The position numbers and the translations under genes are program-made. Source: the human T2T-CHM13v2.0 reference genome, Homo sapiens. Taken from it: a stretch of 64,000 nt of DNA. Position 1 is the stretch's first letter; the number at the start of each line of letters is the position of its first letter. The notes under the pieces were generated by a model. The model did no database searches, was not told the origin of the DNA, and worked only from the letters and a program-made list of their open reading frames with translations. Of the stretch, positions 1-13,218 are shown in pieces. The stretch lies in NCBI RefSeq assembly GCF_009914755.1, contig NC_060936.1, one strand, 5' to 3'.

Positions 1-44
1 GTTGAAAATAATGAGTAAAATAAAATAAAAGAGGCTTCACACAG

Positions 45-259
45 CCTTTGGCACTTTTGCCCTTTTACCTTCCGCCACATGAGGACACGGCATTCAAGGT
101 GCCATCTTGGAAGCAGAGACCTGGCTGTCAGGCACCAGACTGGCTGGTACCTTGATCTTGGGCTTCCCAACCTCCAGAACTGTGAGAAATAAATTTCCAT
201 TATTTATAAATTACCCAATCTCAAGTATTTGTTATAGCAGCACAAACAAAACTAAGACA
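45..259 (+). mobile_element. MaLR LTR 3' part (MSTD/MLT1A-like)
   Basis: 'ccttgatcttgggcttcccaacctccagaactgtgagaaataaatttc...ttatagcagcacaaacaaaactaagaca' is the typical MaLR LTR 3' end. Confidence 0.8.
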
Positions 260-782
260 GTCCATAATGTGTATCACTGAAATGCTTATTTTCCAAGTAA
301 CTCAAGAGAAGTGAAAAACCATCTCCCCCAAAAGCATCCAAATATGCCAAGCACAATCACAGACCCTGAGCATCTGTGGCACTGTCCCTCCATTTCCATT
401 CTGAGGTTCTAGTACTGCCATCACTGAACTGACCCCCAACTACATCCCTCAAGTCCAAGGGTATACATTCTACCTCCATGGGTTGTATTACTCACTTCTT
501 CCCCTGCTTGAATCACCAGCTTTAATCCAACTCTCTACCTAATCACTCCAGGTTATTTCTTTGATGCGCCTAACTCTCTATAACAAAGTTTAATTTGTCA
601 TCTAGTTAGTTTTCCTTTCTCAACCAAGACTTTCAACACATCTACATCAAACTTACTTCAACCTGGATTAGTGCAATGGTCTAATGGAAAGCAATAGCTT
701 TCCTTACTGCCTCTTTCCTTTCAATGATTCTTTCACATTTTCTAGGTAATCTTCTGGAAACATGTAACTGATTATTTTAGAA

Positions 783-1113
783 CAGAGTAAGCAAACTATG
801 ACAAGGTGCACAGGCCAAATCTGACCCATTTCCTCTTTTTTTAAACCACTCTGAGACCCAGAATTGTTTTTACCTTTTCAATGATTGCAAAAGTCCTAAA
901 AGAATATTTCCTGAGATGTGAAAAATATGAAATTAAAATTTCAGCATCTATAAATACAGTTTTATTGGAATACAGCCATACTCATTTATTTATATATCAC
1001 CTGTGGCAGTTTTTGTACTACAATGGCAGAGTTGAGTAGTAGAGACCATATGGCCAGCAAAACCTAATATATTTACTATCTGGCCTTCTACGAAAAAAGT
1101 GTGCCAACTCTTG
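783..1113 (+). mobile_element. MER58 (MER58B-like) hAT-Charlie MITE
   Basis: 'gcaaactatg...ggccaaatctg', 'gttttattggaatacagccatactcattt', 'tttactatctggcc...tgccaactcttg'. Confidence 0.8.
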
Positions 1114-1559
1114 TCTTAGAGCACTGTTGGAAAAACATCAATGAACCATAATAGGTAGTTTGAAGTTGGGATCTTCCCCATGAAGTGACTTTATTATTAC
1201 TATATATTTTAAAATCTACTGAACTATTATGAAGCTACTTTAATAGTAGTGTTTAACAATCCTATCAGATTAAATAATCTTATTATTAACATTTATTTAT
1301 TCATCCCTACCTTTACCTTTCCTCTGTCTTTCACACATCCTCAATACCCAATTCTCTGGTCACTAGTCCTTACCATTTCCAAAAATTATCTACTTTGTTT
1401 TTCTTTTTCGACATTTATTTTAGAATCAGCTCCAGTTTTTAAATTTTTACCACTGCTGTTTATTTTTATTCTCCCACTTGTCTGTCCTATTTTCATTTGG
1501 CTTTTAGATGCAATATTTGTTTTCATCACCTAGGGTCCATTCCTTCCTCATTTGACATT

Positions 1560-2325
1560 AGGATCCCAATTTTGGTTTGTCCATTTACACTTATTTGGCA
1601 TGGGTGCTAACTCCACGACCTGTAGGCTCCAAGACTAGAGCACCTGCTTTAGGCTAATTCAATCTGTGCATTGTATCCCCTTAGTCACAGTGATTGCTTC
1701 ATGGATGATTACACTCAAGCCAGGCAAATCAGAACCAATAAGGTTCAATTCCAGAACTTTTGTCCTTATTTAACATTAGTTTCTCTCAACCTCTCACCCA
1801 GAGGATAAAGTAGAACCAAATGTAAACATGAAATCGCTAAGAGAGGCCAGGCGCGGTGGCTCATGCCTATAATCCAAGCAGTTTGGGAGGCCAAGGCAGG
1901 TGGATTGCTTGAGGTCAGGAATTCAAGACCAGCCTGACCATCATGGTGAAACCCTGTCTCTACTAAAAATATAAAAATTAGCCAGGCATGATGGCATGTG
2001 CCTGTAATCCCAGCTACTCAGGAGGCTGAGGTAGGAGAATCAGTTGAACTCGGGAGGCAGGGGTTGCAGCCTGGGCAACAGAGTAACATTCCATCTCAAA
2101 ATAAAAAGAAAAGAAAAAAGAAAGAAAAGAAAAAAATCGCTAGGGGCTGGACTTAGGTGACTCTCTAGCGGCATTGAGTTCCAACTCAAGCCATGCCTGA
2201 AACTGGATGGCCCCTTGAACAGCCCAATTATTTCAGTTAAGATCTCAGTATCATCACTTTTTGCTTGAACTGGTTTGGGTCAAGTATTCCACTACTTGCA
2301 ACCAAAGGAATCCTAACTGATATCG
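1560..2325 (+). mobile_element. Old MLT1 (J/K-like) LTR, interrupted by the Alu at 1845
   Basis: 3' end 'tacttgcaaccaaaggaatcctaactgata'; highly diverged, 5' limit approximate. Confidence 0.5.
1845..2135 (+). mobile_element. AluS (Sx/Sz-like) with a deletion in the right arm
   Basis: ggccaggcgcggtggctc start, 'gaggtcaggaattcaagacc', A-rich tail; TSD aaatcgcta(a/g)g at 1831 and 2134. Confidence 0.93.
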
Positions 2326-2737
2326 TATCTCATTTTTCTCTAAGACTCATTACTATATCCCTGGCACATGCCTCTCTCCTAGCACATAGGATGCACTCAA
2401 TGTTTTTAAAGTTAATTAATTTTGTCTTTTTATGTTTCTTACCGGCTTAGATGTCAGATATAAATGTCCCATCTCTTAAAGTTACTTTCCCACAGTACCT
2501 TCACTTCACCATGTTTTCCATTTCTGTGTTTTTGCCTTTGTATTTGCCTTTGTGTTTTTGCCTGGTTTTGGGTGGCTGACCATCTCCTGAATGCTTCCTT
2601 TCCTTGAACTTGATCTGTGATTAGTTTACCCTTAGTAAGTGATAGATGCACAAGGTTCTAGATGCTTTCTCTTTCAAACATGATTTTTTCATGTCTAGTG
2701 TCAATGTTATATTCCTATTAAAGCTATAAGATTCCTA

Positions 2738-2950
2738 ATGTAAGAGCACGGACTTTGAAGTTAGGCAGCCCTAGATTAGAATCTTAGACTACAGCATAAC
2801 ACTCATTAGGCCTTAGCTAATCACAACTTCTTCTTCTAAATTGAAGGAGACTGTATCTATCTCAAGATGTAATAATGAAGGGAATATTGGTACAGATATT
2901 AGCATAATCACTGGTACATAGAAAGAACTCACATATAGTTTTATTATTGT
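2738..2950 (+). mobile_element. MIR SINE
   Basis: 'taagagcacggactttgaagttaggcagccctag' 5' part and degenerate MIR core/3' end. Confidence 0.6.
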
Positions 2951-5369
2951 GGTAAGAGATAAGCACTGTCATGTCTTGGATGCAAAAGCTTATATTATGC
3001 ATTTCAAATTTTGCAAAGAACTGGATTTTTTTTCGTAGAGAAGTGAGTGTTTTTAATTATTAAGAATGATTTTGAAAAGGAAAGTCTGATTCATTTCACT
3101 TTCATTGTATCCACTCACTCTGGGTCATTTTGACATTGAGACTGATTAATGTGCTTATACGTGTAAATTAATATTTCAGGCTCTTGTGTGATATTGAGGC
3201 TCTCAGATTCAAATAAGTTACTACAAATATAAATAATATCATAAATTGAGCCTCAAATTATATAGATCTATATATGATTGATGCCTTATGAAAATACCTA
3301 GAAAAGTTTATTGCATTGGATACATTTCATGACTTTGGGTCCTCTTTTTCTTGCCTCTCACCCCATACTTTCTTCTTTCTTCCTTTCTACAAACAGTTTG
3401 AGGAAGCAGGCCTGGCAAATGTGTGATGCAGAAATATTAGTTAAATCACTTAGAAATGTAAAACATTTCCAGTAGTATTACTAAAACTTAAGAAATACTC
3501 TACTCAAAAATTTTTGCTCAATTTTTGAGCAAAAATTGAGCCTCAAAAATAATTCCCTGGAAATAGGGTTACCATTACTTCTGATCTGGAGCACCTATTC
3601 CACTCCTATATTTGTAGAAGACCAGATCAGCCATCCCACCCCACCTTTTGTTTCCAGCCACCATAGCAGAGATGAAGTTATGAGTCTTCTCCTTATGCCC
3701 ATATCCAGCTGGATGTAAATATATGTAATATACAAATATTCCAAAACTAAAAGTTTCTATAGAAACTCTATTTTAAAGGAGACCACTTAAACATTTGCCT
3801 TTGAGGGTAATAAATCTTACCAAATCGCTTGGCCAACTTGCATTAAAGCATATTTGTTATGTTTTTATGTATTATTCTTGCACTGTCTAATACTTGAAAT
3901 GAAATCTGGATTCCTACCAAGGAAATCCAGATATGTAGGAAAGGGCATATCCTGGTAACAAGACAGAGAACTGTTTTGGGGCAATGATGGTAGGGACTAG
4001 ATAAAGTGCAGGAATACATTATTTATCATAAAGGGATCACCATCCCATTCACAAGGCTTCCTTCTGAACCAGGAACTAGCAAAAAGCGGACTGTAGAAAA
4101 AGAGTGAAAATAGTTTAGTATTCAAGTAATCAATAGTCACCCTCAAGTACAGAAATGCCAAAGCTGACCAAAGTCAAAGTTAAATGCTATTTTCCATGAA
4201 ACTTGCTGTGAAAATGATTTAGAAAATTGTGCAAATTATAGTTTGTACCCCTCATTTATCTGCACTGCTATTTATATACCATTCTAAGACCAAATTATAT
4301 TCCCTCTTACATCAACTCATTGATGTTTAGACTCTCAAATAAGGGCTGGCTTCAAAAACCGCAAAATTTAGCTTTGATTGTAAAAGAGCTGAGCTGTCAC
4401 AGAATGCTCTGGGTATGATGCATTCCTGAAATTCCCTTTGATTTATTTGCTCTTACTTTATCCCAGTGACTGAATATTCTCTTCCTACTGGAGATACAAA
4501 TGAAGTAGATATGATTTTTCTTTTACATAAGTAACTATAACTATTATTCTCTACCAGTAGCATCAATCTCAAAATAATTGTATCTGGGTAATTGAGAATT
4601 GGCAAAGAATAAAGGAAATAGGAAGCTTTCAAAAGAAAAATAGATTTAAAAATCCCAGAATGTTTCTGGTTCTCTATTTTCACTTTGGATCCAATACAGA
4701 AATAAGATCCAGAATCCTATAAATGTTAGAACCCAGAAAATATTCATGGGCTCTGACCTTAAATCCTTTGACCTATTTCAAAAATAAATTTATACTCAAT
4801 TTCATAAAGGATCAGACTGAGCTTGTTTAATAAAAATCTCTGGAAAACTAAACATGAACTGGCCTTGGGAAAGTCAAGCCTCTCTAGGACTTCACCACAC
4901 TTCACGCAAGGTATTTTATTGACATACACACCTGTGTTTACTTCTCTTTCCATGCTCTTTCCCCCATATACTTTTTTTCCAAGCCAGATCTTTGTGCCAG
5001 CTTGCCAGAAAGGAGGTTTGTGTTAGAGGACAAAAAACAAAAGTTGCTTACAGACAACCTGGTTTCTGGCCTGTGGTTTTCTGGGGAAAATATATTGAAG
5101 AAAGAGAGAAGTGGAGAGTGCTTTTAGTATACATAGAGAAGGAAAGAGAGTAAAGAGGGACAGAGAAAGTAAGAGCCAGTGTCAGAGATGACTGCAGTTA
5201 ACAAGACCTGAAAGGGGAAGGGCTACAGAGCAGACTTGGAGAAGCTGTTCCTTGGGCCTGTGACACAAAGCATCAGCAAACTCATCAATGCTCAAACTTA
5301 GCATTGGAGCCACAGAATCACAGAGCTGCCTGCCTCCACATGTCCGTGTGAGCCTGCATGGTGATGTCC

Positions 5370-5447
5370 AACTCATTGAGTGTCCCTAGTCCCTGGAAAA
5401 ATGCCTGCCCATTATTAAGTTCTCAATATTTGTTGAATGGATGAATA
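5370..5447 (+). mobile_element. L2 3' end fragment
   Basis: 'tgcctgccc...ctcaatatttgttgaatggatgaat'. Confidence 0.5.
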
Positions 5448-7524
5448 TAATCAGTGGAGAACGTGACGAACTGAAGCAGACCCTTTCATTTTGGGGATAT
5501 TATATAAAGTTATTGAAGTTTTATGGATCCCAAGAAAGAGAAGCTCTACTCCACCTCAACCCCAAAATTAATAGTGATTTGCACTCTTGACCATTCTGGC
5601 AGGACAGAGTTTCAGAGTAAAATTTAATTCGATTTCTTTCACACTGAAAGTTTTGTAGTAAAATGCTTACCCATACAATGTATCTATGGAATACTCATGT
5701 CTATCCAGTATCCAGGAAAAGGTGATAGAAGGAAGGGTTCTCTGCAAGAAAGTCCCCAGAGACCCTTAACCTCCCTGGTAGTGGCAGCTCCAGAACTTTT
5801 ATTGAGTCTTAGGGTTGTCCATCTAGCTGTAGAAAGAGGTAAGATGGAATGTAAAGCTGCATTTGTATGGAATATCTTATAAGACTGAGAAAACATCTAT
5901 TATGCATATAAAAATATAGAAAAGGGTTTGATGGACATGCGGAAGGGAGGTAAAATTCTCTCAAGCCACGCTTTGTGCCATCAGTGTTCCATTCTACATC
6001 AGGGAAGAGAGCACACACATCCTCAAACACAATCATAACCACAGTCATACACACTCATGCATGTACAATGGAGTATAAACAGTTTTATCCTGGATTTCTC
6101 ATATTCTGTTATTTTCATGAAGCTCTGCTGAATTGGACTAATTAAGATTAAAACAATGTAAATTAGCTCATAGCTACTTTGAAGATATTTCTCAGGCCCC
6201 ATCCATGGGTGGGTAAGAATAAAAATAGTGTCCCCAAAATAGCTATGAATGACCACTTCTCAAGTATTTAAAATGTTCTGTTCAATTGAGTATATTACAA
6301 AATTTATCTCCACCACTTACGAAATACTTTTATTGATAGGTAGCTCAAGCCATCATCTTAATAACCACAAATTCTTAACCTGGAATAAGTAAATGAATTT
6401 TCACTGTGCACTACAATGTATAGAATAGCAAATGAAGGACTGAGAGTCAGCAAGATCTAGAACCAAATATGACAATCTTCGACTTTTACTGTGATGTCAA
6501 ATTCCTCAAATATCTATTGGAAAGTGTGTTTTTACATAGTTCATTCATAAAATCCACACATTACCACACACAGACATTCTGTTTAATTGAAAAATCCCAA
6601 AATCACTGAAAGAATTTATTTTATGCTATGCTCTTAGGTGATCTTTATTGAATTTAGGATCTCAGAATAAAATAGGGTAGTACCAGATAGAGAAAGCTAA
6701 GATTGCTGCACCACTGTCTCATAATCTCAGCTGATCTGTGGCTCTCTCTATCATATTAGGTAATAATTATGGGATGATAATTCATTGACATACATGTGTG
6801 CAAGCAATAAATAGGTATATTACATATGCTTGGGTTCAAAGGATGGAGAAAAGCCAAAGCTAGGGTATGAAACTGATATTTTCAAATAGCAATAACAAAA
6901 ATTCAAAAGGGACATGCAATGGTATCTGCTTAAAATATATAGCCAAGTTTAGACGTTCTGTAGTAGATCATACATACTTTTATATGACATTTTGTTTTGT
7001 AAAAGGAAATCTAAAACTCATTATAAATAGGAAGAAAAAGATAGAAAAAAAGCGGCACTTGCAGCCCTACCAATCTGAATACAAAGTTAATATTTTGATG
7101 AATTTTCTTTGCATTTATATTCACAGTGGTTTTGACACGTTTGTACTTTATATATAATTACATTTTGTTTTTTTCATTTTCCACAATATTATAATCATTT
7201 TTGGTATTATTTATGCTTTTCATCACAGTGTTAATGGTTGAGTAATATTCCATTTATTTGATGTACTTTATACAACTATTCTCCTATAGTCATTCATAAA
7301 GATTGTTTATAATCTTTCACTGTCAAACAAAACTGAGATGGACAGCTTTGTGCATACATTTTTTTCCATTTTTAGGAATATTTCTTTAGAATTAATGACC
7401 AGTAATAAAATTATTGATCTAAAGGGCATGGCCATTTGAAAACTGTTGAGTCATACAAGGAAACTAATTTAAAAACAGTATAACCCAGGTTATATTGGGT
7501 TATATGACCCATGTTATATTGAAA

Positions 7525-7690
7525 TTAGTTCTGAAATCAATTCCAGCTATGTGACATGGGCAAATTACTTAACCACTCTAAGAAAGGTTTCTCCCAAGGA
7601 CTGGGAGGATTACATGCAATAACATTTATAAATCCACATAAAGACCACTGTATGATAACCACTCAAGAAATAAAAACTGTTATATTATAC
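7525..7690 (+). mobile_element. MIR fragment
   Basis: 'cagctatgtgacatgggcaaattacttaaccactct' MIR core. Confidence 0.65.
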
Positions 7691-8305
7691 TTATATTATA
7701 GTATTGTTTGGGAGGTCCTTTTTTACCTGGAACTAGGTATTATAATTTTAAAAAAATCTAATTTATTACATGATAGTAGTATGTCATTGAATTATGTTAA
7801 GTATTTACTTTACAATTGTCTATTATCTACTGTGTTTGTTTTTCTGAATATCATCTACTCAGGTAAATTTTTTCTAATTCTTTTATCGATTTAATATTTT
7901 TAGACTTAAAAAAATACTTTTCCTCTGTCACATTTGTCAAAAATATTTTTTATTTTGGCTTTCATTTTAGTTTTAGTTTTTAACACACAATCTATGAAGT
8001 TATTTTATTATTCTATTAAATTATTGCTTTCTTTGTTTTTTAAATTGCTTGTAACTTAGAAAAGCTTTCTACTCCATTCAGAGATTTGATATACATTCAA
8101 TTGTTTGATTTCTTTTTTAGTGTAACATTTTAAAAAATCAATTACTATTAATTCATCTGGAATTTACATTTGTATGTATTATGGGGTGATTTAAAACATT
8201 TTTTCAAAAATGTGCATAAAATATTAATTGAAATACTATTGTTCTTGTTTATTTATGGGACCTATTTCATTGTATATTTATTTCTTATATAATAGTTTTT
8301 TAAAC

Positions 8306-8820
8306 CAGGGGTCCCAAAACCCCAGGCCACGAACTGGTATGGGTCTATGGCCTGTTAGGAACCAGGCCACACAGCACGGGGTGAATGCTGGGAAAGTGAA
8401 AGAAGCTTCATCTGTATTTACAGCCACTCCCCATCACTTGCATGCGCTGAGATCTGCCTCCTGTCAGATCAGCGGTGGCATTAGCTTCTCATAGGAGCAT
8501 GAACCCTACTGTAAACTGCATATGCAAAGGATATAGGTTGCACGCTCCTTATGAGAATCTAATGTCTGATGATCTGTTACTGTCTCTCATCACCCCCACA
8601 CAGGACAATCTAGTTGCAGGAAAACAAGCTTAGGGCTTCCACTGATTCTACATTATGGTGAATTGTATAATTTATTTCATTAGATATCACAATGTAATAA
8701 TAATAGAAATAAAGTGCACAATAAATGTAATCATCATGTAACCATTCCCCGCTCCCTATTTCGTGGAAAAATTGTCTTCCACGAAAGTGGTCTCTGGTGC
8801 CAAAAAGGTTGGGACTGCTG
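8306..8820 (+). mobile_element. MER1A hAT-Charlie DNA transposon
   Basis: TIRs caggggtccc...gggactgctg, ~515 bp, 'tcagatcagcggtggcattag..tctcataggagc'; 8-bp TSD ttttaaac/ctttagac. Confidence 0.9.
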
Positions 8821-10374
8821 CTTTAGACTTTCTCTTCTCATATCAGCATTATTCTGTTTCACTTATTTTGGTTTTTAATGTACTCTACTGTCTGTTGAAC
8901 TTAGATACCATGATGGTTAGTTCTTTCTTTCTTCATTTTTTAGCTATGTCCTCCCCACCTATTTTCCACGTGAACTTTATAAAACATTTAACAACTTCTA
9001 GAAATATAAATCCTTGGAATATTAAATGGATTTGTATTACCTTATATAATTATCTTGAAAAAAACAGATATCTTTATATCATTCAGTCTTTGCCTTTCCG
9101 TTTATGATGTCTTCACATTTATTCAAGTATTTAGCACTCCATAAACCTTATAGTTCTTTAAGTCATATATGTTTCATATTAAGATAATTTCTTCTTTCCC
9201 TTTCCAGCTCCCCTCTTTATTGTATTAAGAGTAAATTAAATTTTGTCCTATTTTTGTTGTCTGCATTTTAGTTTTCTGATTTGTAAAATGCAAAGGGAAG
9301 GATGAGTTCTCTTGGATAAGAGCTTAATGAATCTCAGCACATAATAGGAGTTCACTAAAAACTGTTAAATAAATAGTTGAATGAAAAGGAAATTCCTATT
9401 GGGTTTTAATTGTTTGAATGAGGAGACAAAGGGAGGAACAGCCTATTATGTAATTCCATTATTTCCACCTTGTCTCCATCCCAACCTTACCTCTGTTGCC
9501 TAACGTGACCCCATCCCATCTTTGTACTCACCTGTACTTCCTATCTTCACTTTGGATTTTAGATATATCAAAGAGGACCCCTCCAGTATCCACATGCTGA
9601 GAAACTATGTAGAATGAATATTGTCCATCCCCTTAAAAATGAGCCAGATTATATCTTTTCCTTTCCTCCTACTTGAAATTGAAATTCCACTACTTTCTCA
9701 CTGCAGGAAGAATGTACAGCTTTCTACTGATTGTTCTGTGCTCCACAAACTAAAATATCAAAAGTTACTTTGATCCAGGCTACATTTCTTTCAACAAGAC
9801 ATTAGACAGGTGAGTTGAGCTATTATCCTTAGTCCATAACAAATGTTTCATCACAGTTGCAGCTTTTCCCCTTCTTACATTGTTAAATTATAGCTCAGAA
9901 TCCCCAGCTTTATAAGAGTCACGTATATCATAATAAGCTCTTGTATGAAAAATGTGCCATTACCTCTACTATTACCTTATCACTTCTAGAAAATTCTTGT
10001 GTGGGAATTGGGCAATCTTTCAAGATGAATTTCCTTACTATCCTATAACTAGAAAATGTAATCAGTTAGCAGAGGCCTGGTGTCATCCGACCATTAAAAT
10101 GTGATGCCTGTGGCTTTTAGCTTTGCTCATTGTCATCTTTTGATTCCTTTGTTAATACAGTTTGCCATTCGGGCTACTTTGCTAATTATTGCAGACCATA
10201 TTCCACTCCTACAAGATGAGTAAATATGCAATGCTTCACAGTGAAATGAAAAAAAAAAAGAGCAAATTTGACCTTTCAACATTAGGATAAAATTGGAAAA
10301 AATGACACAAAAGGTCAATTCCAGCATAGGGACTGTACAGAGTGACAGGTACTGCACACCTGTCCCTTTGTATA

Positions 10375-10572
10375 GGCTGGTATTTCTAAGGATCAACTAT
10401 CACAGAATCCTAGGGTGCTTTGAATAATGTACAGTTGATACCTGCAACACTGACTTCCTGAGTGAATCTCTAGGGCTGAATTTTGCCACTCTGCATTTAA
10501 AACAAACAAACAAACAACAACAACAAAAAATCCTCAAGTGGTTCTTATGAACATAAAGAAGGAAGGACCACA
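10375..10572. mobile_element. MER5-like hAT MITE
   Basis: 'cagaatcctagggtgctt', 'gaatctctagggctg...ctgcattt', 'tcctcaagtggttcttatg'. Confidence 0.5.
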
Positions 10573-11799
10573 GGTAAATATTATAACCTTACAGGTTCTT
10601 TTAAAAAGCTTTGTTAAAGATCTTTATTTTATCTACACAACTTTGTGATCAAAAATGTTTGAAGATCACAAACTTATTTTTAGACTCAATTTATTATTAA
10701 CTCATTGATGATTTTCCTAACCCAGACGGCAAGTATTTGTGCCATTCTACTTTTGTTAAAATTAATGGAATTTATTCACAAGCCTAACAAACAAATAGTT
10801 AAAATATTATCAAAGGCTAAGAGAAGAAAAATGCAATGTATTCCTTCTGTAACATACTTTCATGTCATGTGACCTCAACTGGGATCTCACAATAGCTCAG
10901 CAATCTATTCATTTATTTGAAAGATGATCTAGTTCATTCTCCACAGCTGTTTCTGCAAACTGTTCCTTATGTCTCTAAGCATCTGTTTCCTACTCCTATG
11001 TATCTGTGAAGATGATGGCTTTATAACATTAGTGCTTCCAACTTCTCGCTACCTCAATATTCTCTATATCATTGCATCTCTGTACATTGTGTGCATGACA
11101 AAAAAAGTGTCTTTCTTCTTTTCTAAGGGTGACATGCCAAAATACCAAAACTTTGAGTCTTTTCTGACTTTTAAGAGAAGAATATGTGGGTTCCAGGAAG
11201 AATGATTCCCACTGCCCATAGGTAGATGGAGACAAGAGAGAGATGATAGGGAGTCCTAAGAATACTTGTAGAGTTGAAGGGTTGAAATGTCAAAGGAGTT
11301 CAGGCAAAGAGACAGGTGTGGATGAAAGGATTCCTAGAGATAAAGATGAATCACAAGATCCAGTAGATTAAGTTTTGAAAGACTGAGAGGACACCAAAGC
11401 CTGAAGCCACGGCATGAGAACAAACCTGCAGTAGCTGAATTTGTAGACAAATGGAAAGAAATAGAAAATCAAGGATGTAAATAAATTTCAGTGAGAGAGC
11501 TACAGGAATCAAAGATTCTAGTGTAAATTTTGCTGAAAGCTTTTAGTTGCTGTTGTTATTGTGACCAAGAAGTTGTAACTTCACTGTTTTTGGTTTTCTT
11601 TAGTGATTCCTGTTTTTATGTGGTTGAAGAGTTACTTACATCTTACAAAATCTTTCTATCAACACCCTTGATCTCATCCTCTCCTGTCATTTCCAGGATG
11701 CTACATCGCATATATTTGCAAAATGTGAAGAAGATATTTATATACGGGATATCTTCCTTTTGCCTTTTTTGGTACTGCATCCTAACTTTCCCTTGTACA

Positions 11800-12183
11800 A
11801 TCTCTGACCCCTGTCAATGTGGTTTGAACAAAATTGATCTCCATTCCTGGCTCCCAGGATGAGATTGTAACTTGAGGCTGGCCAAAGTGCCATATCACTC
11901 TGATCTAGTGATTGGTTTAAAAATGGTGCATTGCTCAATTTGTGACAGTCAAAGAATCACAAGCTTCTGCACCAGCACTCTTTGAAGTCAATATAGACAA
12001 AGTAGAGCTGAAATATGGAGAGACAGAAACAAGATCCAATGACAATGTTTGACCCCTACACCTAGTTCTGCCTGAAACCTAGCCCTAACTTTTCTGTTAC
12101 ATGAGCTAATAAATTCCCTCCTTTGTTTCAGCAAGTTTTTGGTGGGTTCCTTAAAGTTTCAATAGAACATAATCTGACTAATG
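11800..12183 (+). mobile_element. MLT1 (K/L-like) LTR
   Basis: 'ttttctgttacatgagctaataaattccctc' and terminal 'ctgactaat'. Confidence 0.55.
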
Positions 12184-12539
12184 AAAATTAAAGTATGGTA
12201 TAATCCCAATAAATAATCATGTGGCTACAGGGGATATATAGAGTGAAACCCCTTACAATAATATTAGGATTCTGTGATTAGATTATTCTGGATTATGTAA
12301 TGATCAAACCTCTGTCATTCAACCTGCACTTTTTTTGGCTTAAAATGCTTTTTCCTTCCTCTGATTGATATGTAGACTTTGCATAATTCTAGTTTTGATG
12401 CCATACCATTCGTAAGAGACAACCTAACCTATATGGTTGTCTTATAAACTTTTTATTGATGCTCAATGTCTCTTATTGGAATTATTCTTCTCTCATTCTT
12501 TGTCCAGTTTGTGTGGGCAGTGTTGACCATACCCAAAAC

Positions 12540-13218
12540 TCCAGGTTTCTGGGGCACATGACACAGACTAGGCCAATTGGAGATTACCCTGGGACTTGTG
12601 CCAGAGTTTGTTTTGAAGAAGTGTCACTCCATTCTCTTGGATTGCTAGCTGTAAGTATATGCAAGTATAAAGTTGCCAGTGGATATTTTGGGGATGCTAA
12701 AGGCCTATATGAGATTGAGGTCATTATGGAGAAAAGCAAAACTGAAAGATGGAGGAAAGGGAGTAGTTTTATGGAGACATCTTTAAAGGATCCACTAAAG
12801 CCATCCTCATCTCTTAGATTCTCCAGCCACATGAACCAACAAATTTACTTTCTTTGCCTTAAACTGGCTTGAGTTGTTTTGTTTTTGTTTTTGAGATGGA
12901 GTCTCACTCTGTTAACAGGCTGGATTGCAGTGGTGCCATCTCAGCTCACTGCAACTTCCACCTCCTGGATTCAAGCAATTCTCGTGCCTCAATCCCCCCA
13001 GTAGCTGGGATTACAGGCACATGCCACCACGCCCAGCTAATTTTTGTATTTTTAGTAGAGACAGGGTTTCACCATGTTGGCCAGGATGGTCTCGATCTCC
13101 TGACCTTGTGATCCACCTGCCTCGGCCTCCCAAAGTGCAGGAATTACAGGTGTGAGCCACAGCGCCCAGTCTGAGTTGGGTTTTTAATACATGGAACCAA
13201 AATCTTGACTAACTATAC
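12540..13218 (+). mobile_element. MLT1 (J/K-like) LTR, interrupted by an Alu
   Basis: 'cacatgaaccaacaaatttactttctttgccttaaactggcttgagttg' resumes after the Alu as 'gagttgggttttt...ttgactaactataca'. Confidence 0.55.
12877..13171 (-). mobile_element. AluSc-like
   Basis: antisense Alu; short 'ctctgttaacaggc' and 'ggatggtctcgatctcctgaccttgtgatc'; TSD tgagttg. Confidence 0.9.

Larger units (their letters stand above)
7000..9200 (-). mobile_element. Ancient L1M (L1ME/MC-like) fragments, interrupted by MIR and MER1A
   Basis: T-rich antisense L1 text such as 'taatggttgagtaatattccatt', 'taattcatctggaatttacatttgtatg'; boundaries approximate. Confidence 0.5.

Noticed and set aside
5697-5882. 61-aa ORF with donor-like gag|gtaaga at ~5838
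   Set aside because: No convincing acceptor or promoter, and no similarity to a protein I recognise.
12869-13155. ORFs MESHSV.../MQWCHL... (and similar ones at 19340-19719 and 60383-60568)
   Set aside because: Standard Alu-derived translations.
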